The notes under the pieces were generated by a model. It searched no databases. It was not told the origin of the DNA and saw only the letters and a program-made list of their open reading frames with translations. From the NCBI GenBank assembly GCA_035388025.1, contig DAOOPA010000002.1, positions 1 through 44,078 on the forward strand: a stretch of 44,078 nucleotides of DNA, written 5' to 3'. The position numbers and the translations under genes were made by a program. How positions within the stretch are numbered: position 1 is the first letter of the stretch; each line of letters starts with the position of its first letter. Below are positions 16,487 through 23,934 of the stretch, piece after piece. Source of the stretch: a bacterium (GTDB lineage Bacteria; Patescibacteriota; Patescibacteriia; UBA2196; GWA2-42-15).

Positions 16487-16523
16487 TTGACAACTTCATT
16501 GATATATGCTATTATGAAGTTGT
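16487..16523 (+). promoter_or_regulatory. Sigma70-type promoter overlapped by a perfect 10 bp inverted repeat (putative operator)
   Basis: TTGACA (16487-16492), 17 nt, TATTAT (16510-16515). Inverted repeat ACAACTTCAT (16490-16499) / ATGAAGTTGT (16514-16523) with a 14 nt spacer. Confidence 0.6.
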
Positions 16524-16544
16524 AAACAAATTCTATTAATATAT

Positions 16545-17573
16545 ATGGATATAAAAGAGTTAATTTTGAAAAAAATAAAGGAGCGAGAGAGTGTGACTAC
16601 CGGCGAAATCACCAAGCTGACCGGTTTTTCTCGTGCCTATGTCAACCGTTTTTTTAAGGAACTCCGAGAAGAAGGAAAGATCACCTTGCTTGGCCAGGCC
16701 AATAGGGCTCATTATTTTTTGACGGACAAAAAAAGGTTGGCGGCCGCCCGCGCACAAATAGTGAGCTTCCGCAATAAGTTTGTTAACAAAAATTTGTCCG
16801 AAGATGTTGTCCTTTCGGAAATCAAAAGAAAAACTAGCATCTTTAATTTGCCGACCGAGGTAGAGACAGTGGCCGATTATGCTTTTACCGAAATGCTCAA
16901 TAATGCCATAGAACACTCGGGTTCAAAAACCATAGAGGTTATAGCTGAAAAAAATAAGGGTTTGATAAAATGCGCCATAAGCGATAAGGGTGTAGGGGCT
17001 TTTCAAAACATCATGAAAAAGAGAGGCCTGAAAAATGAATTGGAGGCAATCCAAGATCTATTAAAAGGCAAACAAACAACCGCCCCTCTGGCGCACAGTG
17101 GTGAGGGGATTTTTTTTACTTCCAAGGTTTGTGATACTTTGATTATTGAAAGTGGTCGTAAAAAATTGATTTTCAATCAGCGACTGCAGGATGTTTTTAT
17201 TAATGATATTAAAATGAGAAAAGGCACCAGGGTGGTTTTTACTATTTCTCTTGGCTCAAAAATAAAATTAGCTGATGTTTTTCAGCAATATGCTGACTCG
17301 TCTTATCAGTTTAATAAAACCAAGGTTAATATTGTTTTGTATAAAAACAAAGAAAGTTATATTTCCCGCTCACAGGCCAGACGACTCTTGGTCGGATTGG
17401 AAAAATTTAAAGAAATTGCTTTGGACTTTCAAAGGGTAGACACTGTCGGGCAAGGTTTTACTGATGAAGTATTCCGGGTTTGGCAAAACAAATATCCACA
17501 AATCAAAATCGATGCTGTCAACACCAACCAGAATGTGGATTTTATGATCGGCCGAGCAAGGGGCAATGGTTAA
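16545..17573 (+). CDS. Fusion protein: N-terminal winged-HTH + GHKL (RsbW/SpoIIAB-like) ATPase + C-terminal STAS-like DUF4325 domain
   Basis: wHTH: TTGEITKLTGFSRAYVNRFFKELREEGKI. GHKL N-box FTEMLNNAIEHS, G1 SDKGVG, G2-like HSGEGIFF. C-terminal EIALDFQRVDTVGQGFTDEVFRVW resembles DUF4325. Confidence 0.7.
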   Translation: MDIKELILKKIKERESVTTGEITKLTGFSRAYVNRFFKELREEGKITLLGQANRAHYFLTDKKRLAAARAQIVSFRNKFVNKNLSEDVVLSEIKRKTSIFNLPTEVETVADYAFTEMLNNAIEHSGSKTIEVIAEKNKGLIKCAISDKGVGAFQNIMKKRGLKNELEAIQDLLKGKQTTAPLAHSGEGIFFTSKVCDTLIIESGRKKLIFNQRLQDVFINDIKMRKGTRVVFTISLGSKIKLADVFQQYADSSYQFNKTKVNIVLYKNKESYISRSQARRLLVGLEKFKEIALDFQRVDTVGQGFTDEVFRVWQNKYPQIKIDAVNTNQNVDFMIGRARGNG

Positions 17574-17586
17574 AATTTTTTGTATT

Positions 17587-17621
17587 ATTAAAAGCCCGGG
17601 GATAAGTCTCGGGCTTTTTTT
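17587..17621. terminator. Bidirectional terminator, copy 2 of the diverged direct repeat
   Basis: ATTAAAAGCCCGGGGATAAGTCTCGGGCTTTTTTTA; stem GCCCGGG/CTCGGGC. Lies between convergent genes. Confidence 0.7.
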
Positions 17622-17623
17622 AT

Positions 17624-18091
17624 TTAAATCATTTTGGCTGTTTTTGTAATCCAACCAATGTGGCGCTGAAGCCAGTGTTCATAGGTCGCCCTAGAAAATC
17701 TTTGGATTGATTTCAGGGCAACATTTTTTGCTTCGGCGATGAATTCAGGCGTTAGCTTATCATGAGCCGGGCAAAAAGTGTCTACCACGAAAATTATTCC
17801 CCCGACTTCATCATAAATTGCTTTGATAGGATAGCAAAGGTCGTCAAGGGGTTTAATATTTTGAATAAGACACCGGCCATCAGAGACAATGAAATAACAT
17901 TGATTGCAACAATCTCTGATAGTATAATACACTTCGCCGAATACCTCGTGCCTCTCCAGGCCAGGCGCAAAACCATTTAATTTTTCGGCTTCCTGAACTG
18001 ACAATATCGGTGAACCAATACCTTGACTGTCTCGGCAACATTTTGAGCCGCAGGTAATACAGTGAGCGAAAAGAGATAGATGACTGCACAT
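17624..18091 (-). CDS. YkgJ-family cysteine-cluster protein (CxxCxxCC zinc/iron-chelating domain)
   Basis: N-terminal HCITCGSKCC motif plus further Cys pairs (CCNQC, FCPAH); about 155 aa. Confidence 0.7.
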   Translation of the reverse strand: MCSHLSLFAHCITCGSKCCRDSQGIGSPILSVQEAEKLNGFAPGLERHEVFGEVYYTIRDCCNQCYFIVSDGRCLIQNIKPLDDLCYPIKAIYDEVGGIIFVVDTFCPAHDKLTPEFIAEAKNVALKSIQRFSRATYEHWLQRHIGWITKTAKMI

Positions 18092-18107
18092 ATTCTTTCC
18101 TTTCTAT

Positions 18108-18512
18108 CTAAAGGTTTTTTAAAATGGTAAAACCAAAAATTGGGCTAAGTTTTTTAGAGCCATTATTTGACTCAATTAAAACATTTAAGCCGGTCATACC
18201 CATGATGGTCCAGTCGTTATTAACCAGTAGGGGCGGATTAATTGTTAAGGAAATAAAGTCTACAGACCTATCCCTGTTCTTGGTCGCTACCCTTCCCCCA
18301 AAAGAAAACATTGCCTCCTTATAAGACAAATCCAAAGAAAAACAATCGCCACCATACCAAGTTACAGAAAGACAATTTTTGGTGGTAGTAATACCGATAA
18401 AGCAGGAGGCCCCAACTGGACAGACCGTTCCGCTGCCACCAAAAACAAACTGCTGTGATGTGGCTGACGAACTTAACGCCAGCATCGTCAAGAAAAACAA
18501 TGTCTTTTTCAT
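18108..18512 (-). CDS. Small secreted hypothetical protein with four Cys
   Basis: MKKTLFFLTMLALSSSATSQQ signal peptide. Lies 16 nt upstream of the YkgJ-like gene on the same strand. No family recognised. Confidence 0.55.
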   Translation of the reverse strand: MKKTLFFLTMLALSSSATSQQFVFGGSGTVCPVGASCFIGITTTKNCLSVTWYGGDCFSLDLSYKEAMFSFGGRVATKNRDRSVDFISLTINPPLLVNNDWTIMGMTGLNVLIESNNGSKKLSPIFGFTILKNL

Positions 18513-18661
18513 ATTATTTCTCCTATTTGTGTTTAATTTTCAATTTTTGTTTTTCCTATTTTTATACAATTTTTTAACTTTTTTGTAAAGTTTTCCTTGT
18601 TTTTTAATATCTTAGTAAACAAACTCTTTACTTTATCCCCTGTTTGCGCTAGACTAAATTT

Positions 18662-19525
18662 ATGTTTTTGGGCAAAAAAATCAGACTAGAAAACTATATA
18701 TTGGATATTTTAAAAGATGGTCCCAAAGAAACATTGGATCTGATTTTGCGTATCAAAAAACAGATTCCCGGCACAACCAAGCAAGGAGTTTATACCGCCC
18801 TAAGGGTACTCAACCAAGAAGAGATAATTATCGTGAGTGGCGGAGAGGTGACATTAAATATATTATGGTTAAACCGATTGGCAGAATATACTCGCCAAGC
18901 AAAAAATAGTTACGCGGACAGTGAAACGGAATCGGAATATTTTTTACGCTTAGAAAATGGGGATCGGGCGCAGTATTATTTCAAAAATCCAGCGCTTCTA
19001 GATAGTTTTTGGGGGCACGTCTTGGTGGAGCTAATGAGAAAAGTAAAAAATGACCCAAACATGTTTTCGTATAACCCACACTATTGGTTTTTGTTCGGCC
19101 GGCGCGAAAGCGAGCTACAATATCTGTCTTGTTTTCCGAACTATCAAAAAAAATTTTTGCTGATTTCCGCTGACAAGACGGCCTTGGATAAAACAGTCAA
19201 CCAAGACCAAGAAAAAATGACTGATTATTTTCAATACTGCATGCTAGGCAAGGCACTATTTGAAAAAAATAATTACTATTTTAATGTCATTGGTGATTAT
19301 TTGGTGGAAGTATTAATTGATAAAATGACAGCCGATGAAATTGAACTGTTTTACCAAAAATATGAAGCTTTAAACGAGTCGAGAATCAAGGAATTTAAAG
19401 GTATCATCGAGCGGCCGGGTAAAAATAAATTTATTATTTCCAAAAATCCCCAAAAGGCGGCCAGACTACGAAAAAAGTTGGTTAAATTTTTCTATCTAAC
19501 AAAAGATTGGCCGGCGCTTACCTAA
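18662..19525 (+). CDS. Hypothetical protein with N-terminal winged-HTH-like segment
   Basis: 287 aa. ENYILDILKDGPKETLDLILRIKKQIPGTTKQGVYTALRVLNQEEII resembles a wHTH. The remainder is unrecognised. Confidence 0.55.
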   Translation: MFLGKKIRLENYILDILKDGPKETLDLILRIKKQIPGTTKQGVYTALRVLNQEEIIIVSGGEVTLNILWLNRLAEYTRQAKNSYADSETESEYFLRLENGDRAQYYFKNPALLDSFWGHVLVELMRKVKNDPNMFSYNPHYWFLFGRRESELQYLSCFPNYQKKFLLISADKTALDKTVNQDQEKMTDYFQYCMLGKALFEKNNYYFNVIGDYLVEVLIDKMTADEIELFYQKYEALNESRIKEFKGIIERPGKNKFIISKNPQKAARLRKKLVKFFYLTKDWPALT

Positions 19526-19583
19526 TTTTCTAAATAAGGTATAATTACCTTGCTTTACTTAATTCGCTTAATTGACTTACTTT

Positions 19584-20567
19584 ATGAAAAAATTTGACGT
19601 CATTTCCGTTGGTTCGGCCCTGAAGGATATTTTTATCTTGAACAAAGATATGTCTTGCCAGGGTGCGAAGATCTGCCACCCATTTAATCCCGAGGTGGTG
19701 GGCGAAAAGATTAAGATCGAAAAAATGTATTTTGATATTGGCGGCGGGGGAACCAATGTGGCGGCCACGCTGGCCAATATGGGTATCAAGACCGCTCTTT
19801 TGTCGCGCGTGGGCGCGGACTTGGCTGGGCAAGAGATAATCAGGACTATGAAAAAATTTGGAGTGGGGACTGAACTGATTGCCATTGATAAAAAAGAAGA
19901 GACCGGGTATTCGGTAATTTTTTTGGACAAAGATGGTGAGAGAACGGCACTCGTCTTTCGTGGAGCATCGGATTTTGTTGATTTTAATCCCAAAAAAGTA
20001 GTCCAATTGAAAGCCAATTGGTTTTTCATCACTTCGCTCAACGCGAATATGAAACTCTTGAATCAGCTCTTTGCTGTGGCAAAGAAGAACAAAATCAAAA
20101 TCGCTTGGAATCCGGGCGGAGCAGAATTGGAACTCGGCAGTCTGAAATTAAAGAAAATGCTCAAAGCGACGGATATTTTGTTTTTGAATATGAGTGAGGC
20201 GCAAAAGCTGACCAGAACTAAAACAAAAAATATCAAAACAGTTTTGGAAACCTTGGGCGGCTTGGCGAGCAAGGCCGTGGTAGTAGTGACTGGCGGCAAA
20301 GCTGGCGCGTGGGTCAAGAATGGCCCCGAATTATTATGGGCGGACATCTTGGACAAAAAGGTAGTCAATGCCACGGGTGCAGGCGACGCTTTCGGTTCGG
20401 GTTTTGTTGCTGGATTAATTTTGTACAAAGGTAATATCAAAAAAGCCTTGCAACTCGGCATGCTGAATTCTAATAGCGTGGTGACGGCGATGGGGGCCAA
20501 GCAAGGAATATTGAAAAAACCACCAATGGGAAAAGAACTGGAGAGAATAACAGTAAAAGCACTCTAG
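19584..20567 (+). CDS. PfkB-family carbohydrate kinase (ribokinase-like)
   Basis: DIGGGGTNVAATLANMG and NATGAGDAFGSGFVAGL are PfkB signatures 1 and 2. First ATG at 19584. Confidence 0.85.
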   Translation: MKKFDVISVGSALKDIFILNKDMSCQGAKICHPFNPEVVGEKIKIEKMYFDIGGGGTNVAATLANMGIKTALLSRVGADLAGQEIIRTMKKFGVGTELIAIDKKEETGYSVIFLDKDGERTALVFRGASDFVDFNPKKVVQLKANWFFITSLNANMKLLNQLFAVAKKNKIKIAWNPGGAELELGSLKLKKMLKATDILFLNMSEAQKLTRTKTKNIKTVLETLGGLASKAVVVVTGGKAGAWVKNGPELLWADILDKKVVNATGAGDAFGSGFVAGLILYKGNIKKALQLGMLNSNSVVTAMGAKQGILKKPPMGKELERITVKAL

Positions 20568-20578
20568 TGCTCACAATA

Positions 20579-20604
20579 GCCGGTCAATGCCGGCTTTTTT
20601 ATTT
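20579..20604 (+). terminator. Rho-independent terminator of the pfkB-like gene
   Basis: GCCGG-TCAATG-CCGGC followed by TTTTTTATTT. Confidence 0.65.
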
Positions 20605-20711
20605 AGTCATAACCCGTTATATTCTATATTTAAATGCTACTTTTTGCTTTTTAACTTTTTATTTGATTCCTTTCCTAATATTAAAAAAGTTGTCAAGACC
20701 AACGGACAAAT

Positions 20712-20740
20712 TTGACAATATTTAATAAATATGCCATAAT
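20712..20740 (+). promoter_or_regulatory. Sigma70-type promoter
   Basis: TTGACA-17 nt-CATAAT, 22 nt upstream of the ATG at 20763. Confidence 0.5.
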
Positions 20741-20762
20741 TTTTATAGTTAACAAAATAACT

Positions 20763-20888
20763 ATGAATTTTAATAATCGCCAGTTGAATATGGAAAGTTG
20801 GAAGCCGGTTTACACAATCGGTTATGATTGTGGTGCCGGTAGATATTTTGTGTTTGACCAAGGTGATTATTATTTAAAACTGGGATAA
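20763..20888 (+). CDS. 41-codon small ORF (possible leader peptide or small protein; may instead be a non-coding leader)
   Basis: ATG...TAA encodes MNFNNRQLNMESWKPVYTIGYDCGAGRYFVFDQGDYYLKLG. It is below the track cutoff, bracketed by its own promoter and terminator, and has no clear SD. Confidence 0.35.
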   Translation: MNFNNRQLNMESWKPVYTIGYDCGAGRYFVFDQGDYYLKLG

Positions 20889-20914
20889 TTGGATTCTAAT
20901 TAATCATCATTATA

Positions 20915-20952
20915 AACGCCTTGGCTAGACAAAAAGCAAGGCGTTTTAATTT
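20915..20952 (+). terminator. Rho-independent terminator/attenuator between the small ORF and the MFS gene
   Basis: AACGCCTTG-(13 nt)-CAAGGCGTT followed by TTTAATTTT. Confidence 0.65.
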
Positions 20953-21006
20953 TGCTTTTGGCAAATAAGTCTAGAAAAAATTTAAAACCAAATAAAGGGA
21001 GGCACT

Positions 21007-22185
21007 ATGGTTAAGAAAACCATTAAAATCTACCTGTGTCTGGCATTTCTTGTCAACCTATCGATGTCGTACATGGCGGGCATGTATATTACCTTTCTCA
21101 GATATCATGGCCTGGATTATGTCGGCGCAATCGTACCAAATATTTTTTATTTCGTCACAATCTTGCTGTTTGAGCTACCAACCGGAGCGATCGCCGACGT
21201 CTTTGGCAGGAAAATCTCTTTTGTTCTCTCCTGCCTGATCTGGGCGCTGGCCAAAGTTGTTTATTTTTTTGCTGACAGCTTGTGGTTGTTTATCACGGCG
21301 GAAATCATAGCCGCCATTGGCCAAACCTGCGCGAGCGGAGCGTTTGAAGCTTGGTTGGTTGATAGCCTCAGATACCATGGTTATCAAGGCAAAACTAGCG
21401 CCATTTTTGCTCAAGGAATAAAAACCAAGCAATTGGCCACCGTGCTCGGAGCGCTCATCGGGACCTGGGCATCAAAAAATAATATTGCCCTGCCCTGGCT
21501 AATGGGCGCGATCACTTTTTTTGTCACGGCTGTAGCGGCAATGGCTTTTATGCGAGAGGAATATTTTGTAAAAAAATCTTTCTCTTTTAAAAGCGGCTGG
21601 TTGGAGATCGTGGGGACAATCCAAGACAGTAAAAATTGGGGGCTAAATAACGAGCATATTCGTTTTGTCTTGGCCTCGAGTGCGCTACTGACTTTTATCA
21701 CCCAGGGTCCGAATATGCAATGGCAACCTTTTTTCCAGGGGCTGGGCGCGAACCGTTTATCTTTCGGTTGGATTTTTGCGACTATCTCTCTATCATTAAT
21801 GGCCGGCTCTCATTACGCCCCAAAAGTGCTAGCGAAAATCGGGGACGAAAAAAGATCGTCGGTGGTTGCCCTGACGTCAATCGGCTTTTTCGTCGCGCTG
21901 ACGGCCATGGCTGGCGGCCAGTTTTTGTGGGCATTGCCGCCATTCCTCGCTCATGAATTTTGTCGGGGGTTATTTTCCCCGATAAAAAGCCAATATCTAA
22001 ATGATCATGCCCGGGCGGCCGAGAGGGCGACGATCAATTCGCTTGAGTCTTTAACCAGCCATTTGGCTGGGGCGATTGGTTTGATTATCAGCGGAATTTT
22101 GGCTCAAGCGCTCTCGCCCCGTTGGTGCTGGTTGTTATTGGGCGTCACTTTGATGGTGGCTAGTAAAAAACTTAACAAAAAATAG
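21007..22185 (+). CDS. MFS transporter
   Basis: 392 aa, about 12 TM. The GAIADVFGRK loop 2-3 motif is typical of MFS. GGGAGG RBS lies upstream. Confidence 0.85.
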   Translation: MVKKTIKIYLCLAFLVNLSMSYMAGMYITFLRYHGLDYVGAIVPNIFYFVTILLFELPTGAIADVFGRKISFVLSCLIWALAKVVYFFADSLWLFITAEIIAAIGQTCASGAFEAWLVDSLRYHGYQGKTSAIFAQGIKTKQLATVLGALIGTWASKNNIALPWLMGAITFFVTAVAAMAFMREEYFVKKSFSFKSGWLEIVGTIQDSKNWGLNNEHIRFVLASSALLTFITQGPNMQWQPFFQGLGANRLSFGWIFATISLSLMAGSHYAPKVLAKIGDEKRSSVVALTSIGFFVALTAMAGGQFLWALPPFLAHEFCRGLFSPIKSQYLNDHARAAERATINSLESLTSHLAGAIGLIISGILAQALSPRWCWLLLGVTLMVASKKLNKK

Positions 22186-22194
22186 GTGGGATAA

Positions 22195-22227
22195 AAATGC
22201 ACTGCGAAAAGCGGTGCATTTATTTTA
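22195..22227 (+). terminator. Rho-independent terminator of the MFS gene
   Basis: AAATGCACTGC-GAAAA-GCGGTGCATTT followed by ATTTTAT. Confidence 0.65.
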
Positions 22228-22232
22228 TATCC

Positions 22233-22261
22233 TTGAAAAATGATGGATATTAAGGTAGGAT
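22233..22261 (+). promoter_or_regulatory. Candidate promoter for the structured element + tRNA-Cys transcript
   Basis: TTGAAA-17 nt-TAGGAT. No better promoter is seen between the element and the tRNA. Confidence 0.4.
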
Positions 22262-22277
22262 AAAAATATAAATATTA

Positions 22278-22370
22278 GGGCCACGTAGCCCCCGCCTCTC
22301 TCAAGAGGCGGGGCAGGCAAATAGTAAGGTGGGGGTCTGTGTCTCTACGAGACATCCCTCGAAGAGGGAC
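22278..22370 (+). other. GC-rich three-hairpin element of unknown function (candidate ncRNA or tRNA leader)
   Basis: H1 CCCCGCCTCT-CTCA-AGAGGCGGGG (22290-22313). H2 GTGTCTC-TAC-GAGACAT (22339-22355). H3 CCCTC-GAA-GAGGG (22356-22368). The 5' 13 nt GGGCCACGTAGCC match the tRNA-Cys 5' region at 12/13. Confidence 0.35.
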
Positions 22371-22392
22371 AAATTTAATATATGAATCTTGG

Positions 22393-22469
22393 GGTCACGT
22401 AGCCAAGTGGTCTAAGGCGATGGTCTGCAAAACCATTATTCGCGGGTTCAAATCCCGCCGTGACCTCCA
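22393..22469 (+). tRNA. tRNA-Cys (anticodon GCA), discriminator U73, CCA encoded
   Basis: Acceptor GGTCACG/CGTGACC, anticodon stem ATGGT/ACCAT with loop CTGCAAA, T-arm GCGGG-TTCAAAT-CCCGC, then T + CCA. Confidence 0.9.
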
Positions 22470-22513
22470 AATTTATTAATATAACCCTTCAGTCGAGGGG
22501 GTGTGTAACAACA

Positions 22514-23932
22514 ATGCACGATACTTTGATGGAAACACTATCAGGCATCCGCGGTATTTACGGAGAGAGTCTGACTAAAGAAGTAGCCGAAAATTATGCC
22601 AGAGCCTATGGCATTTTTTTGATAAATAAAAACCGTGGCAAAATTCGCGTGGTTGTGGGTGGAGATACCAGAAAATCCAGCAAAGCTTTAATGGGTGTCT
22701 TCACCCGAGAATGGCTGAGAATGGGTTTTGAGGTAATTAATGTCGGGGTAGCGACCACGCCCATGATTGAACTCGGAGTCAGAATATACCGAGCGCAGGG
22801 CGGGGTGATTGTTACCGCTTCGCACAATGAACCGGAATACAATGGCTGGAAACTTTTACAAGCAAGTGGCGCGATACTCGGAGCGCGCGAGAGCGAAATA
22901 ATTATCAAAAAAGCTAAAGAGATGGGAACGCTAGTGCAGAGAGCAAAGCAATCGGGAAAATTGATCAGCAAAGAAAAAGATTTGCCGGGCAAATATATCG
23001 ATTTTGTTTTGAAGACCATCGGCCAAACAACAGCAAAAAAAATCCGACAAGGAAATTTCAAAGTTTTAATTGACGCCAATGGCGGCACGGCCGCGGTGGT
23101 GGCGTCACAACTTTTTCGGCAACTGGGCGTGAAAATGATCGGCATCAATATGCGTCTCGGGCAATTTCAAAGACTAGTGATCCCCAACAAAGAAACACTG
23201 GCTTATCTGACGCCGATAATAGATAAAGAAAGGGCCGATTTTGGCGTGGGGCTGGACTGCGACGCCGACCGGGCGGAGATGATCATTGACAGTCAAAATG
23301 TTTTAGCCAAGAAACGCGGCAATATGATCAATGGCCATGAGGCCTTGGCCTTGGCAATTGACGCCTTGAAACCAAAGGGTGCCGTGGTAATAAATCTGCC
23401 AACCTCACATCTGATTTATCAAGTGGCTAAAAAATATGGGGTAAAGATCAAAGAGGTAGATGTAGGCGAGACCAACGTGGTGACAGAAATGGAAAGACAG
23501 CAGAGCCTCATCGGCGGCGAGGGTAGTAATGGCGGAGTAATCGTGGCGCCGGGCAAATGTCGCGACGGACTTTTGAACACGGTTCTGATCCTGAGACTGA
23601 TGGCGGAACGACAAAAACCGCTGGAGGAAATATTGGCTGGCTATCCCCTGTTTTTTGAGGAGAGAAAAATTGTCTCGGCCAATGAAAACCAAGCGGGGCT
23701 TTTAAAAATCAAGATTCGGGAGTATTATGAAAAAAGAGGAAAAGCAATCAAAAGCGCGCCCGGAGCGGACAGCGGGCTGAAAATATTATTTGATAAAAAC
23801 AACTGGCTATTCTTTCGCGGCTCCAAGACCGAGCCCGGGGTGTTTCGGATCATCGCCAATGGCGACGACCGGAGGCTGGTAAATAAAATGATCTTGGACG
23901 GAGAAAAAACTTTTCATAAATTAAACACATAG
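22514..23932 (+). CDS. Alpha-D-phosphohexomutase family protein (phosphoglucosamine/phosphomannomutase-like)
   Basis: Active-site loop VTASHNEPEYNGWK, metal loop GLDCDADR, GGEGSNG sugar loop. Start ATG 22514 with GAGGGGG RBS; the track start at 22460 lies inside tRNA-Cys. Confidence 0.85.
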   Translation: MHDTLMETLSGIRGIYGESLTKEVAENYARAYGIFLINKNRGKIRVVVGGDTRKSSKALMGVFTREWLRMGFEVINVGVATTPMIELGVRIYRAQGGVIVTASHNEPEYNGWKLLQASGAILGARESEIIIKKAKEMGTLVQRAKQSGKLISKEKDLPGKYIDFVLKTIGQTTAKKIRQGNFKVLIDANGGTAAVVASQLFRQLGVKMIGINMRLGQFQRLVIPNKETLAYLTPIIDKERADFGVGLDCDADRAEMIIDSQNVLAKKRGNMINGHEALALAIDALKPKGAVVINLPTSHLIYQVAKKYGVKIKEVDVGETNVVTEMERQQSLIGGEGSNGGVIVAPGKCRDGLLNTVLILRLMAERQKPLEEILAGYPLFFEERKIVSANENQAGLLKIKIREYYEKRGKAIKSAPGADSGLKILFDKNNWLFFRGSKTEPGVFRIIANGDDRRLVNKMILDGEKTFHKLNT

Positions 23933-23934
23933 TT

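Noticed and set aside
19545-20500. Three long minus-strand ORFs (153, 154 and 145 aa) antisense to the PfkB kinase gene.
   Set aside because: The plus-strand frame carries both PfkB signatures. The antisense translations are low-complexity (Ser/Pro/Ala/Phe-rich) with no motifs.
20637-20861. 74-aa minus-strand ORF in the AT-rich spacer before the MFS gene.
   Set aside because: No promoter or RBS was seen, and its composition is odd. The plus strand carries a consensus promoter, a small ORF and a terminator that explain the region better.
22460-22513. GTG-initiated start of the phosphohexomutase ORF.
   Set aside because: It lies inside and just after tRNA-Cys. ATG 22514 has a GAGGGGG RBS, and homology starts there.
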